Assembly: GCF_000002075.1 (NCBI RefSeq)
Contig: NW_004797322.1
Span: forward strand, 1,848,008 to 1,912,007
Direction: 5' to 3'
Origin: Aplysia californica
Taxonomy: Eukaryota
DNA: 64,000 nt
Positions within the stretch are counted from its first letter, which is position 1. Every line of letters starts with the position of its first letter. A model generated the notes under the pieces. It made no database searches. It had not been told where the DNA came from and was given only the letters and a program-made list of their open reading frames with translations. The position numbers were made by a program, and so were the translations under genes. Of this stretch, positions 1 through 10,370 are shown piece by piece.

Positions 1-257
1 GGGCTACCCCGGAGCTATACTCTCAACAAGAAAGTACAAGGCCCTCCCATCAAGATTGACCAAGGGTTTGATCGGGTTTCAGCTCTCAACCGATTGAGTG
101 GCATGGGCCGTGCCACCCTCCCGTCTAAGAGGAAAACCTGGGCCAAAGAGGTATGTTGGCGAGGGACAGTCCGTGGACTGATCTCACCTCAACCGCTAGG
201 TACCCGGTTTCCCTCCGCACGGGTCGCACCTCACGGTCAACGAGGTGCCCACTCTGT
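1..257 (-). mobile_element. Continuation of the same structured element (probable LINE 5'UTR), running off the window
   Basis: GC-rich with many short hairpins (GTGGCATGG/CCGTGCCAC, CAGTCC/GGACTG, CACCTC/GAGGTG). Colinear with 4254-4480 across the candidate TSD. Confidence 0.4.
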
Positions 258-3200
258 CACGGCTGTTCCCGAGCGGAGCACTTAGTTACCTGAGGAATTG
301 ACCCGGTCATCCATGCCGCGCTCGGGTGGTCAGGGAGGTCACTTTGACCTTTGCTCTACGAGAGAACTGTTGTGACTTAACAATTTTTATACACTTTAAT
401 ATCGTCATTGTGGCTTTGCCCATAGACACATCGAAGTAAAAATATTATCAACAGATAGAGGCATTCATGGGCTGTACAGCCAATAACTTTTTATTGATAT
501 TCATAGCTGGGCACCCTTTAAAACAGGGGCACAATTGAGTGCATCTTTGGGGGACATTTTTACATGGGTCTACTCTTTAAAATTAAGATATTTTAAAATC
601 TGAACTTCAGATCTCTAAAATAATCATTGGTATACAACAGTGACATGATGAGCTTTCAGAAACACTTACTTTTGGTTCGATTGGTTCAGAAACGGGGACA
701 TTGTAGAAGATTTACTGCTGTCAAGTTCATGAAACGAAAGATTTTGCGTTGTCTCCTCACAGGTCAAGCAGAAATTATGGTTAACTTGTAGAAGGTTCGC
801 TGCTATCCAATTCATGAAACAAGAGTTTCCTCATTGTCTTCTCACAACCAGAGCTGCTTTCACACTCACAAACACTAATATGATTACTCATGACAATAAA
901 TACAAAAACGTGTCTTTGAGTTCAAAGGCTAAATGTCTTCCTCTTCTTTCCTTTCCCAAGCTGCTGCCTGAGCGTGGACGCATTTTGCAGTCTGTGGGCC
1001 TCAACAACAGCTTTTAACTACTTCCCCTTTCCTTTGATTTCTACTGTCCTCTTCTCCAATTTTGCGATGCTGGAGTGAACAAGTTCACCACCCTGCTCGC
1101 CCATCAAACCCAGGCCAAATCCATATCTTTTTATAAAAGGCAGACAGTGGTGCTTTAATATGTGTTGTTTGGGTATGACTGTGTTTGGAAATAATCGTCT
1201 GTACAGCTTCAAATATGCAGAAATTGTTGTTTCTATGATGGCAAACTCGGTTGTGTGTATTTTGTGAGTATGAGAAATGAGGTGGTGCACTTCAGCAAAG
1301 CTACTGTTCAGCAAATCAAATTTCTGTCTGATTGCGTGGGCTGCATCTACGATGTTTTGGTTAGATGTAAGAGCTGCAGTGTATGTGCAAATGTGTTTTG
1401 TGATGCTTGTGTACACAGGGCGCTTCAAGTATTGGTGACAGTGGTTTCCTATCAATGATCTACTATGGTAAACCTGAGGTACAATGCCATGCCCTTCCAA
1501 AACTTTGTCCAGACTTCCAGTGACAGGGCCCGTCCCATGTGCCAGCGAGTGTACTGTCACTTTCTCAAGTTCGTCAGCACATGCTGTTAATTCTTCCTGA
1601 TATCTCTTTTTATCTCCCTCTGTCTCAGAAAAGACGAGACAGCCCTCCAAATGCATACATTTCTCTTCTAGCTGTCTTTTTTTTGACAATTCTTGGAACA
1701 TACACGTCAAACTCAGAAAAGTTCTGGTCGTAACGGTAGTTCGGCTCTGAAAAAGTCTGAGCTAGCTGTAGATCCAAGGCGTGGGTTTCTGCCTCAAGCA
1801 AGTTGTGATGCTTGAGTGTGATTCCTAATAGAATATGAAGGTAGGGTGGCACAACCTTTTCAGTTTCTATGCCTATCAGAGGTTCCCTTATGCAGTTGTG
1901 AAAACGTCAGGCACTTGCTTTGTTTCCCTTCCCATATACAAAAAATCTCCTACAGCTAGATTCGATCATAGCAAGTGTTCGTTCTCTTGCGGGATCTTTG
2001 TGACTGAATATCCTGTGATTTGGTCAGACACCACAGGCAAGGGTAGGTTCCCCTGTGACCTGACAAACCATATGTTTTACAAAAAAAATCGTAGTCCCCG
2101 AACAAGAACAGAAGGATTGATTTGTCCTTCCATTTCTTTGTCTGGAGACTTTCAATGCCGACAGTAAGTTTTGAAAGAACTGCTTTCAAAACTTGATATG
2201 AGTCCTTTTGCCTGATCATTGAAACAACATGGGTGTGTTCCCTGCAATTTGGTTTCTCTAAGTTAACAACCTGCACAGAGATCTTTAAGTTTCCCCTGCC
2301 ATGGTCCCCCCCAATTTTAAGCCAGATTTGATCCTCTGGGATGCCTGAGTTGTGCCACGTGAGTCTACCATCCTTCTCGTACTGGTCAAGAAGGTTAAAC
2401 ACAAACTTTTCAAGGTCAGGGACCCCTGCCACTGGCTCCTCCAACATGCTAGGCCCTTCACCTAATGACACCCTCACTGTCTCTATTTCTACAGTATCTG
2501 CCACTATGTCTTTATAAATTGTCCTCTCGCGATGCTCACTGGGGATGCAAACTCCCACCTTTTGCCACAGTCTCCTCCTCTCTCTATCTTGGTGCCAAGT
2601 CAACCCCATTGCTTCTTTCATGGCGAGGGCAAATTTTGCGTCTACAACAACTTTTTCTTTGATCCCACTTTTGCGTAAGATGTTGCGTCTAACTACCCTT
2701 GTCTGCCTCTTGAAGTCTGATGCATGTTGGATCTCTACGTCCCCCTTGCTACTACCCCCGACTGTTTGCCTCACTTTGCTTATGATGTTTGACCTTCGCT
2801 TTTTTGTTGGTGAGCTGGCTAGATTGGAGGGTTTTCTGTGTGAAATTATCCTTTGAAACACTAATGGCTGCCCTCTAGTTTTAAACTGTACCTTCCCTTT
2901 CTCTGCCGAAGAGTAAAGTTTTCTGCGTGTCATTTGTGTAGCGAGTGTTTCTTCTAAATGAGACAATGGTTGTGTAATAGGTCTCAGAATTGCATGCTCT
3001 AGTGATGTGTCCTTAAACTGTGCGAAAGGAGATGTTGCACTGTCTTTGAACTCTTTTTGTGTGCGTTTGGGTGTTGAAGTTGCCACTGGTGTCTCTAGGG
3101 TTAGATCTCTGTGTGGGGATTCACTGTTGATATTTCTAGTGATGATTGATCTACTATGGGTGTCTGTTGAGTACTTTCATGTGATAGTTCGTCTGCCGCA

Positions 3201-4253
3201 ATTATATGAGTCAATGTTTCAACAGATGGAGGCTCTGGTGGGTCTTTTGAGCAAGACGGTGTTTGATGTACTTTTCTAGCACGACCTTTATTTTGAAGTG
3301 TGCAAAGGGAACACACAGGGCAAGCATCTACTGTTTTATTTTGATCGAAAGGTGTCCAGATGTGGGAACTTTCTTCTGTACTTTTTTGTGCTGCAGCTAG
3401 GGTTGCTTCTCGAATTTGTTTTCTTAAGGTGTATATGCGTTGTACACATTTGTTGCACAGTTCACTGGGATGTGTGTCTACACTATCCGATTCAACGTTC
3501 ACACGATAGAACACGAGTAAGTCTTTCTTAAAATTCACACAAAAATATCTACTCTGGTTTGCCTTCTTAGCCTTTTGACTTCTGGCCCCGCATGTTCTAC
3601 ACAATTTTTTAAAACTCTCAAGGTGTAGTTCCCGTGTGTGTTCCATTTTCACTCTGGTAGTAGACTCTCGTAACACCTGTCGAGACAGAATCAGAGAAAG
3701 TGAAAGCGGGACCTCGGGGTGAATACCGCACGGGCAGCGCGGAGGCCGGGAAAATATCACAGGGTGAAGTAATAAAACTCGCCGTCCTGCTTAAGTTTTT
3801 CAACCAATCAAAACAATTTTTTCGCAAATAATCTCCTTACTGATTCTTAATACAGCAGAAAAATAACCGGTTACAATCTGAAGTTCACGAATTGAAAAAA
3901 AATCCTGATTTTGTAGGAATCCGAGAAAAACGTGCACCACAAGGTAGGGTTAAGTACAGAGGCAGTGCGTGCACACGCTCAGATCTAGAAACGAACTAAA
4001 GGATGCCAGTTATTTTGAAGAATCAGAGCTTTCATTTGATACCCCACACACCCATAGTGGTAAATAAGAGGGGACATTTACAGGGGTCTAAATCAAGAGA
4101 AAATTACAGACTTTCTCACCGAAATCGGCTAACAGCGCTATCGCCCAAGAAGCGATGCGCGGCCCGGCTGTCAGGTAGGATTTATGACCCCGGGAGGTCA
4201 GCGGACGGGTTAAACTAAGTGCTCCGCAAGGATAGTAGAACTGAACAGCCGTG
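258..4253 (-). mobile_element. RAG1/Transib-related DNA transposon, full length (3996 bp), with asymmetric bipartite RSS-like TIRs
   Basis: Left end 258-287 is CACGGCTGTTC-CCGA-GCGGAGCACTTAGTT. Right end (revcomp of 4213-4253) is CACGGCTGTTC-AGTTCTACTATCCTT-GCGGAGCACTTAGTT. Flanks CTGT (254-257) and CCGT (4254-4257) form a candidate 4-bp TSD with one mismatch. The ends enclose the transposase pseudogene. Confidence 0.88.
922..3646 (-). pseudogene. RAG1-like (Transib/RAG1-fold DDE) transposase with N-terminal RAG1-N/Chapa-type Zn domain; at least 3 frameshifts and 2 in-frame stops
   Basis: ATG at 3646 (MEHTRELH). N-terminal H..CRTC..HP..CNKC..W..CPVC pattern. Core motifs align by eye with RAG1: KIGGDHG (1st D), FGDYDFFCKTYGLSGHRGTYPCLWC (2nd D plus CxxC; cf. 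[25 protein letters not shown]), PPYLHILLGI (cf. DALHCDIG), PKQHILKHH...GLMGEQGGELVH (Zn His pair plus catalytic E). Joined from ORFs 3101-3760, 1956-3086, 1625-1852 and 1018-1710, with readthrough to TGA at 922-924. Confidence 0.88.
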
Positions 4254-4480
4254 CCGTGGGATGGGTGACCTCTCGTTTTGCTGCACATGAGGTCAGCGGT
4301 GGAAGGAAAGAAAGAAGAAGAAAGAAAGAAGGAAGGAGAAGAGGAAGATACACCAAAGTAAGTGTCGCACACTGATCCCAGAGGGTTGGGGTCCGTGAGT
4401 GACACTCCGCCTTTGAGGGGGTTGCACCTTCTGCAGATGAAGCAGTGGGTCTATTTATATCCCCCCCGACCCACTGGGGG
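4254..4480 (-). mobile_element. 5' part of a GC-rich structured element, probably an I/Nimb-type LINE 5'UTR, interrupted by the RAG1-like transposon
   Basis: Minus strand starts CCCCCAGTGGGTCGGGGGGG..AATAGACCCACTG and contains several hairpins. It appears to continue into 1-257 once the transposon is removed. Family call is from recalled resemblance only; no ORF is visible. Confidence 0.4.
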
Positions 4481-4583
4481 TACCACGTTCTTACAGTCAA
4501 TGCATGTCTGATGCAATAAAGAACTATAACATGGCATCTGTAGAGGGACACAAGTCTAAAAGAAAAACAAATAATATCCTCAC

Positions 4584-4699
4584 CCTCCAGTTCCTTTTGA
4601 AAGATTCAGCACACTGTAAGCTTCCTCAAAGCTCATGGTTGGAGGTTTCTTTTCAACTTCCTTTTTCCATGCATCAAGAATATCTTTCAGCAAGCGGAT
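4584..4699 (-). CDS. DNAJC13: DNAJC13/RME-8 exon ([38 protein letters not shown]; start of J domain)
   Basis: Hand translation matches RME-8; CAG/GTGAG boundaries; 116 bp, phase-consistent. Confidence 0.93.
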
Positions 4700-5335
4700 C
4701 TGAAAGGGATTAGAGTAGAGAGACTTTAGAGATGCCACAGATACATTTTTAATCAATAAAAAGTAAATGAAATCTGTTCTTTATCTATAATTNNNNNNNN
4801 NNNNNNNNNNNNNNNNNNNNNNNNNNNNNNNNNNNNNNNNNNNNNNNNNNNNNNNNNNNNNNNNNNNNNNNNNNNNNNNNNNNNNNNNNNNNNNNNNNNN
4901 NNNNNNNNNNNNNNNNNNNNNNNNNNNNNNNNNNNNNNNNNNNNNNNNNGCACATTGAAATGTCACATTGACACAATGCTGGTCATTTAATGCTGGAAAA
5001 AAGTAAGACAGACAGACAGAAACAAAGGAGGGAAAGTAAAAAAATATGACCTACCAGTGGTGCCCTCTATCTACCCGCAAGGGAGAGAAGGAGGGTCCAA
5101 GAGACGAATCCAAACAAATAAGATCTTACAAAGACAAGATCGGATTGGTTGTCAGAGAGAAAAAGTAAAGTATAGCCCGACGTTCGATCCAGTCTACAAA
5201 ATCACCAATCCTGTGGGGAATTACAGTGGAATTGCAGCTATGTCCTAGAGGAACAAGAAACAGCAGGTTGTTATCATTGTGATGTGCCTAAAGACATGAA
5301 AGGGTAATTTTATTTTAAGCCAAATAGCTACCTAC

Positions 5336-5537
5336 CGGGTCCTTGATGGGCCAGTCCGGGAAGCGTGCAGTGTCGCACAGGTGTTTGAGATAGTAAATGT
5401 TGCAGAACAGCTCATTGTCCAGCTGCGGGAAGCTGATGGCTGGGATGGGACAATACTGGTAGAGGGCCCGCGTGTTGCTCTGGAGGCGAGGAGAGAAGTC
5501 CGCCAGGTGGGCTGCAATCTTTTCTATCATCATGCGT
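5336..5537 (-). CDS. DNAJC13: DNAJC13 exon ([32 protein letters not shown]...DWPIKDP)
   Basis: ORF 5315-5533 is close to vertebrate DNAJC13; AG/GT boundaries. Confidence 0.96.
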
Positions 5538-6269
5538 CTGAAAGAAGAGGCAAGACAAGACAGGTTGAATTTTAAGTATCACTTTTATAGAAAGATATAA
5601 AAATTTATGGGCTACATTATCAAGACACAAATTTGTTGCAAAGTGATAGGTGAATAAAGGAGAGCGAAAAAACAGGGAATTTCTAGGTCCTAATTGATAG
5701 AACATCTCCACCCATAACATCAAAGAAGGTCTTAAGGGCACTTTAGCATTATTTCTGTACTGTATGCCAAACTTACGAAAGACTTTGGTGTTCAATATAA
5801 AAAGCTCTCTACTCTTTACTAATCTTAACCATGATCTCAGCAGGCGAAGGAAACTTGAAATGAATTCACCCTGTAGATAGGTTTTACCTAATTCATAGCA
5901 AAGAAAGATTAGCCTAATTTAACTACAATTGATCATTCATTATGGATGAAAAATCATACATTTAATGGCGTTGGACTCAGATCTGTATTCGTACCCAACA
6001 CATTATGGATATATGAATACTGCAATCTAACCAAACGGCAAATACCAGTTTTTGTCTTTTTTCTTTTTCCACTCTTTCTTTTCTTTAACCCTACAGCCAC
6101 GGGCTCCACAGGGATGTCACTGGAATTTTGTGGAAATGCTTAAAAATGTATGAAGTTGCTTTCACAAAGAAAAAGACTTCACAAGTAATGTGGGGCTAAA
6201 CAAGAGATAAATGCTTAGAATAATGACTGTTCTTTTAGTGAAAATAATGGAAATTGGTTGCTTGGTTGG

Positions 6270-6800
6270 AGAATAGGGATCACTGGAGGCAGTGCAGTGC
6301 CACAGCTCTTCCTCTCTACTAGTACCCTCCAGGACCCAAGAAAGGGTTGGCTGGCTGATCGTGTCAGTCATCAGCAGGTTGGATATTCTCCTAGCTTTTC
6401 CACACAGGTTGCTGTCTCTCCCTGACCCTCTTGACACACCAGCTTCCCTCAGTCTTTCCAATGTGAGTGATGTGGAGCCCTCATCTTCTCTGTGGCTGTT
6501 AAACCATGCTGTCAATGCTGCAATGACTGTCTGTGGATCTGTGGCATAGCGCCATCATTCTCAGCCTTATCGGCTAGCTCATCAGCTTGTTCATTGACAC
6601 CCAAGGACTCGCCAGGTACAATCTAAAACAGTTTGCAACGAGACCAAGGCTAGGCCAATAGCTCCGTCAGTGTCACCCGCTCATTGTGTTTATCTTGTAA
6701 TGCTTCCAACACTGAGGCATGTTAGGTTGCGTCCTCAGTCGAAACTCCTTGGGGTTTGTGAATGCATTGCTTAATTGCCCTAGTCACTCCCATCATCGCT
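6270..6800 (-). mobile_element. Degraded LINE RNase H domain fragment (I/Nimb/Ingi-type)
   Basis: Broken frames give SVLEALQ and GVNEQADELADKA, resembling the RNase H motif GNExADxLA. Confidence 0.45.
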
Positions 6801-7546
6801 GTTAACAGGCAGTACTTTAGTTCCACGGACACCCCGCAGAGCCCCGGCGTTCAATGCGACTCAAACCAGCCATGACCTTGGGGTCAAGAGGTCAGCACAG
6901 GGAATTTTAACTTACTGAAAGATTCACAATGAAAATGTTATTGCCATGATTTTTAGCTTTGTTTAACCTGTCACTATGCTCACACTATTACATCAGCAGT
7001 ACATCAAACCACATATCGTCAGTCACCTGATGAAATCGTGACTTTCACACGAAGCATATTTTTACAGGAGAGGGGAAAAAACTGATTTTCTCCGTCATTC
7101 TGCGTTCAAGACATACACTAATACTAATTGGATAAATCTAGTACAGTGCCTTTAAGAAATAACACGAAAGACTTCCAGAAAGTAAGTACAGTTTTTAAAT
7201 AATTTTAAAAGAAAAAAAATTTCCCAATCAAAACGATTTATTTTTTAAAACCTCATATATATGACTACTTCTCCATGTAGTCTCCAGAACTTTTGAAGCA
7301 TTTGTCGTAGCATGGGATGAGCTTCTGAATGCCCTCATTGTAGAAAGCTGCCGCCTGCGATGTCAGCCAATGTCGAGTGTCTCCTTTGAGATCAGCGTCG
7401 GAGTCGAAGTCCTGCCTGGCTAAAAACTTTTTCAAATGCAGGAACAGATGAGAGTCACTTGGAGCCAGGTCTGGGCTGTACGATGGGTGCTTCAACTGTT
7501 CCCATCCGAAGGAGGCGATCAGGTTTTGGGTCGGTGCAGACTTGTG

Positions 7547-7739
7547 AGTTTTAAAATACTGATGTAGGGTGTCTTCCAAGCCCTACCACTAGCATCAGCG
7601 TGCATAGCAACGCGAAGCCTCGCTGTGCGGCGCAGCCAAAGGTGCCCTCAACTGGCCGCCATGTTTTAGTTTCAATTCCTCACAGCGAATCAGCGATCGC
7701 GAAGAGGGAGTTCCGCTTCTATAAGTGTAGAATTCTGTG
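7547..7739 (+). mobile_element. Isolated end of the CACAGAATTC-TIR (P-like) family
   Basis: Near-identical to 25332-25524. Confidence 0.9.
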
Positions 7740-7894
7740 GTCTAAACGGAACTTCTCTCGTCGACAAACTGTCAGCTTACCGATGACCGAGATCGAGCGC
7801 CCGTCGGTTAAACTGTCAGTTTGTTGATCAACGAACTGTACGTCTAAATGGGGCTTAAAAGCTTTTCGTGGAATTTATTGTAGTTGAGGTCGAA

Positions 7895-8330
7895 ATTGAG
7901 ATTAAGAATGTGGGAACATTGATTGCCAAACCCGTCCCAGTCTGATTTTTTGAAGTTGAGGCGTTCTGGGATCGGGAAGACCAAAATTGAGGTACAAAGA
8001 CACTTGCAAAAACAGTTTATCTAAGCTTGGAGTAGATGTTAACACCTGGGAAGAAATAGCTGAGGACCGTAAAAAAAAAAGGAGGAAAATTATAAAGGAA
8101 AGAACTAAAATGCTAGAGAACAGCCTTAGAAACAACCTGGCTGAGAAGCGCCAACAATGAAAGGAAAACAGCAGAAATACAGAGCTTCGATCTACGACAC
8201 TGACATGCAAGCACTGCGACAGAATCTGTGCTTCAAACATAGGAAGAATTAGCCATGAAAGAAGCTGCATGAAGACAACCTTGAGACCATCTTAAGCTAC
8301 ATTGACCGTCTGCATAGACGAAAAGAGCCA
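7895..8330 (+). mobile_element. RTE (BovB-like) LINE 3' fragment
   Basis: RPKLRYKDTCK...WEEIAEDR...CKHCDRICASNIGRISH; same family as 39288-39716. Confidence 0.8.
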
Positions 8331-8379
8331 TACAGATCTCTCAAAGTGGACTACTTACCAAGAGGCCACTGAGGTGGTT

Positions 8380-8457
8380 TATGTGCATGTGTGTGCATGT
8401 GTGTTGGTGTGCTTGCATGTGTGTTGGTGTGCTTGCATGTGTGTGTGCGTGTGTATT

Positions 8458-8489
<32 letters not shown>

Positions 8490-8515
8490 AGTGTGTGTGT
8501 GTGTGTTCTCGTGTG
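8380..8515. repeat. (GT)n microsatellite
   Basis: Direct inspection. Confidence 0.95.
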
Positions 8516-10103
8516 TTTATGGTACTATTGCAAACGTATAATTAGGTAGAGTAAACACGGCACGTAAGCCGACTTACGGACTTCCGAGTTCGAGGTTTCA
8601 GTAAAATGGGGGTAATTCAGATCCCTTGTTTCTTTGCTCTTTTGCTATAAATGCTGAACACTTTGAAAAAGTTCAGACTTTTTTCATTACAATGGTGTAA
8701 GTTGTTTGTATATCTGATTATTTGGAGCTAGAGAATTACCATGGAAAGGGAAGCCCCTTGCGGTCCGAATGCGAGGTCGGCCGGTTCAAAATGACTCCCA
8801 TGCATTCGAATGCTTTGCAGAAAGATTGATGATTAAATATCGCCTTTTCATTTTCATTGTCGGAGAAGTATACAGCTTTGAGCGTGATTTCCTGTGGTTA
8901 TTATTTTTTACCTTTGGATAGAAAACTTTGAAAAAAAAAGTTACCAAAGATCATTTTTAATACGAAATGTTTAAAATAACGGCTAAAAAAGGTACCAATA
9001 GAAAGAACCATTCTTTTTCTAATAGAATAAAGTCATCGGCTTGGAATTCTTTTGTATGAACCCTTCCACGAAATTCCGGGGAGCACTCAGTGTACTACAG
9101 TATCAAGTCAACTTGCTCGCCGCGAGGGCTGGTGCAACGCCGGCCGGAACAACGCTCTATGTTTTTATTGAAATAACGACAGATCATCTTGTTTGAAGCA
9201 ATAAAATACTGATTTGTAATGATCTCACAGTCTTGAAACAAATTAGGTTCATTTCTTTTTTATAATGATTGTACTCTGTTAATGTAGAGATGCTTGGTGC
9301 ACTTGGTACTCTTTTATTATCTGTCAATCATGGGGTTGCAGCCAGTTAGCGACTTCAGCAATATTATGTTAAATTGAAGCAGCTGCCATTCTCTTAAACA
9401 TGTAATTGACTGACAGGTAAAAGTATGGTACCCAAATTCTCAGGAGACAAAGGCCTTTCATATGAAACAGATGAATTTGACATACAGCTACTTTGAAAAT
9501 TTAGTACCTGGTACCTAGTATAAAGCTAATATTTTGTTGCATTTGACATGAAGTCCATTCTCGTGAAAATTATTTGTCCATAAGTTTTTTCTCTGTGAAT
9601 GAATAGTTTTCTACTTCTGTATGCGACCTTGTAGTGGCATAGTCAAGATAACTACTAAATTTCCAAGTCCGTACCTCAATTCTAAGACCTCCATTGCTAT
9701 GGAAACATTTAGCTCAACTTCGGAGGCCATTTTCTCCTTTTCGTGTTTTCTCACCTCGCACAATTAAAAGTTTTTAAAAATATTTTTGTTAAACATGGTC
9801 ATATTTACTTAATTATTGTTTTAAATTAGGGAAAAGGTGATAGTTTTTTAAAATAATGTAAACTCAGATGTGAAATTTCCCTCTTATGACTGATATAGAC
9901 CAGCAGGTATTAAAAAATAAATCGTTTTGATCGGGAAAATTATTTCTTTTATAATTATTTTAAAACAGTACTTACTTTCTGGACGTCCCTCGTAGTAAAG
10001 TAAATTTTTTACCGTAGACGTTCATTCATTTAAAAACTGAGATTCACGATTTGTATTTTCGAAAATCACATGATGTGGTCATGAATGTGGAATTCACAAT
10101 TTC

Positions 10104-10225
10104 ATCAGTAGGCTTTATGAAATGCCAGGTTGCATTCATAGTTATCAGTAGGCTTTATGAAATGCCAAGTTGCATTCATAGTTATCAGTAGGCTTTATGA
10201 AATGCCAAGTTGTATTCATAGTTAT
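10104..10225. repeat. 40-bp tandem repeat, 3 copies
   Basis: ATCAGTAGGCTTTATGAAATGCCARGTTGYATTCATAGTT starting at 10104, 10144 and 10184. Confidence 0.95.
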
Positions 10226-10370
10226 AAGGCATTGTGTTTTCTCTTATTAGAGGCCCTCATACATAAAAAATATTATGAAAGCAGACAATACTGTAATAAA
10301 AAAGATTTTAAACCACCAATTTAAAACTGAGTATGAAATTAACAGACTGAGTGAAACAGAAAGCTATTCT

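Larger units (their letters stand above)
7165..9992 (-). mobile_element. Mariner-derived element with ~90-bp TIRs; only the transposase C-terminus remains (7265-7546)
   Basis: HPSYSPDLAPSDSHLF motif. TIRs CGAAAGACTTCCAGAAAGTAAGTAC... and ...GTACTTACTTTCTGGACGTCCCTCG followed by TA. Confidence 0.8.

Noticed and set aside
288-921. Convergent RAG2-like gene as in ProtoRAG
   Set aside because: Too short and AT-rich, with no kelch or PHD-like ORF.
1-4500. Reading the GC-rich flanks (1-290 and 4212-4495) as two inverted ncRNAs, or as an LTR starting TGTAAG with a TATA box
   Set aside because: The exact inverted identity stops at the CAC termini (258 and 4253). The outer flanks are better explained as one colinear element split by the transposon. 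No second LTR, PBS or ACA end is visible.
4753-4976. ORFs made of X residues (also ~15144-15552, 37348-37569, 52068-52518, 59963-60209)
   Set aside because: Artefacts of N gaps.
6794-6822. CATCGCT-12bp-TACTTTAGTT as the missing 12-spacer end of the second RAG1-like element
   Set aside because: Tempting, but it has mismatches in both boxes, no TSD match with 12424 onward, overlaps the RNase H remnant, and lies outside the 7014-13424 TIR pair that contains the other end.
10104-10225. CRISPR-like array (also considered for 56770-57770)
   Set aside because: Head-to-tail repeats without unique spacers, in a eukaryotic context with no cas genes.
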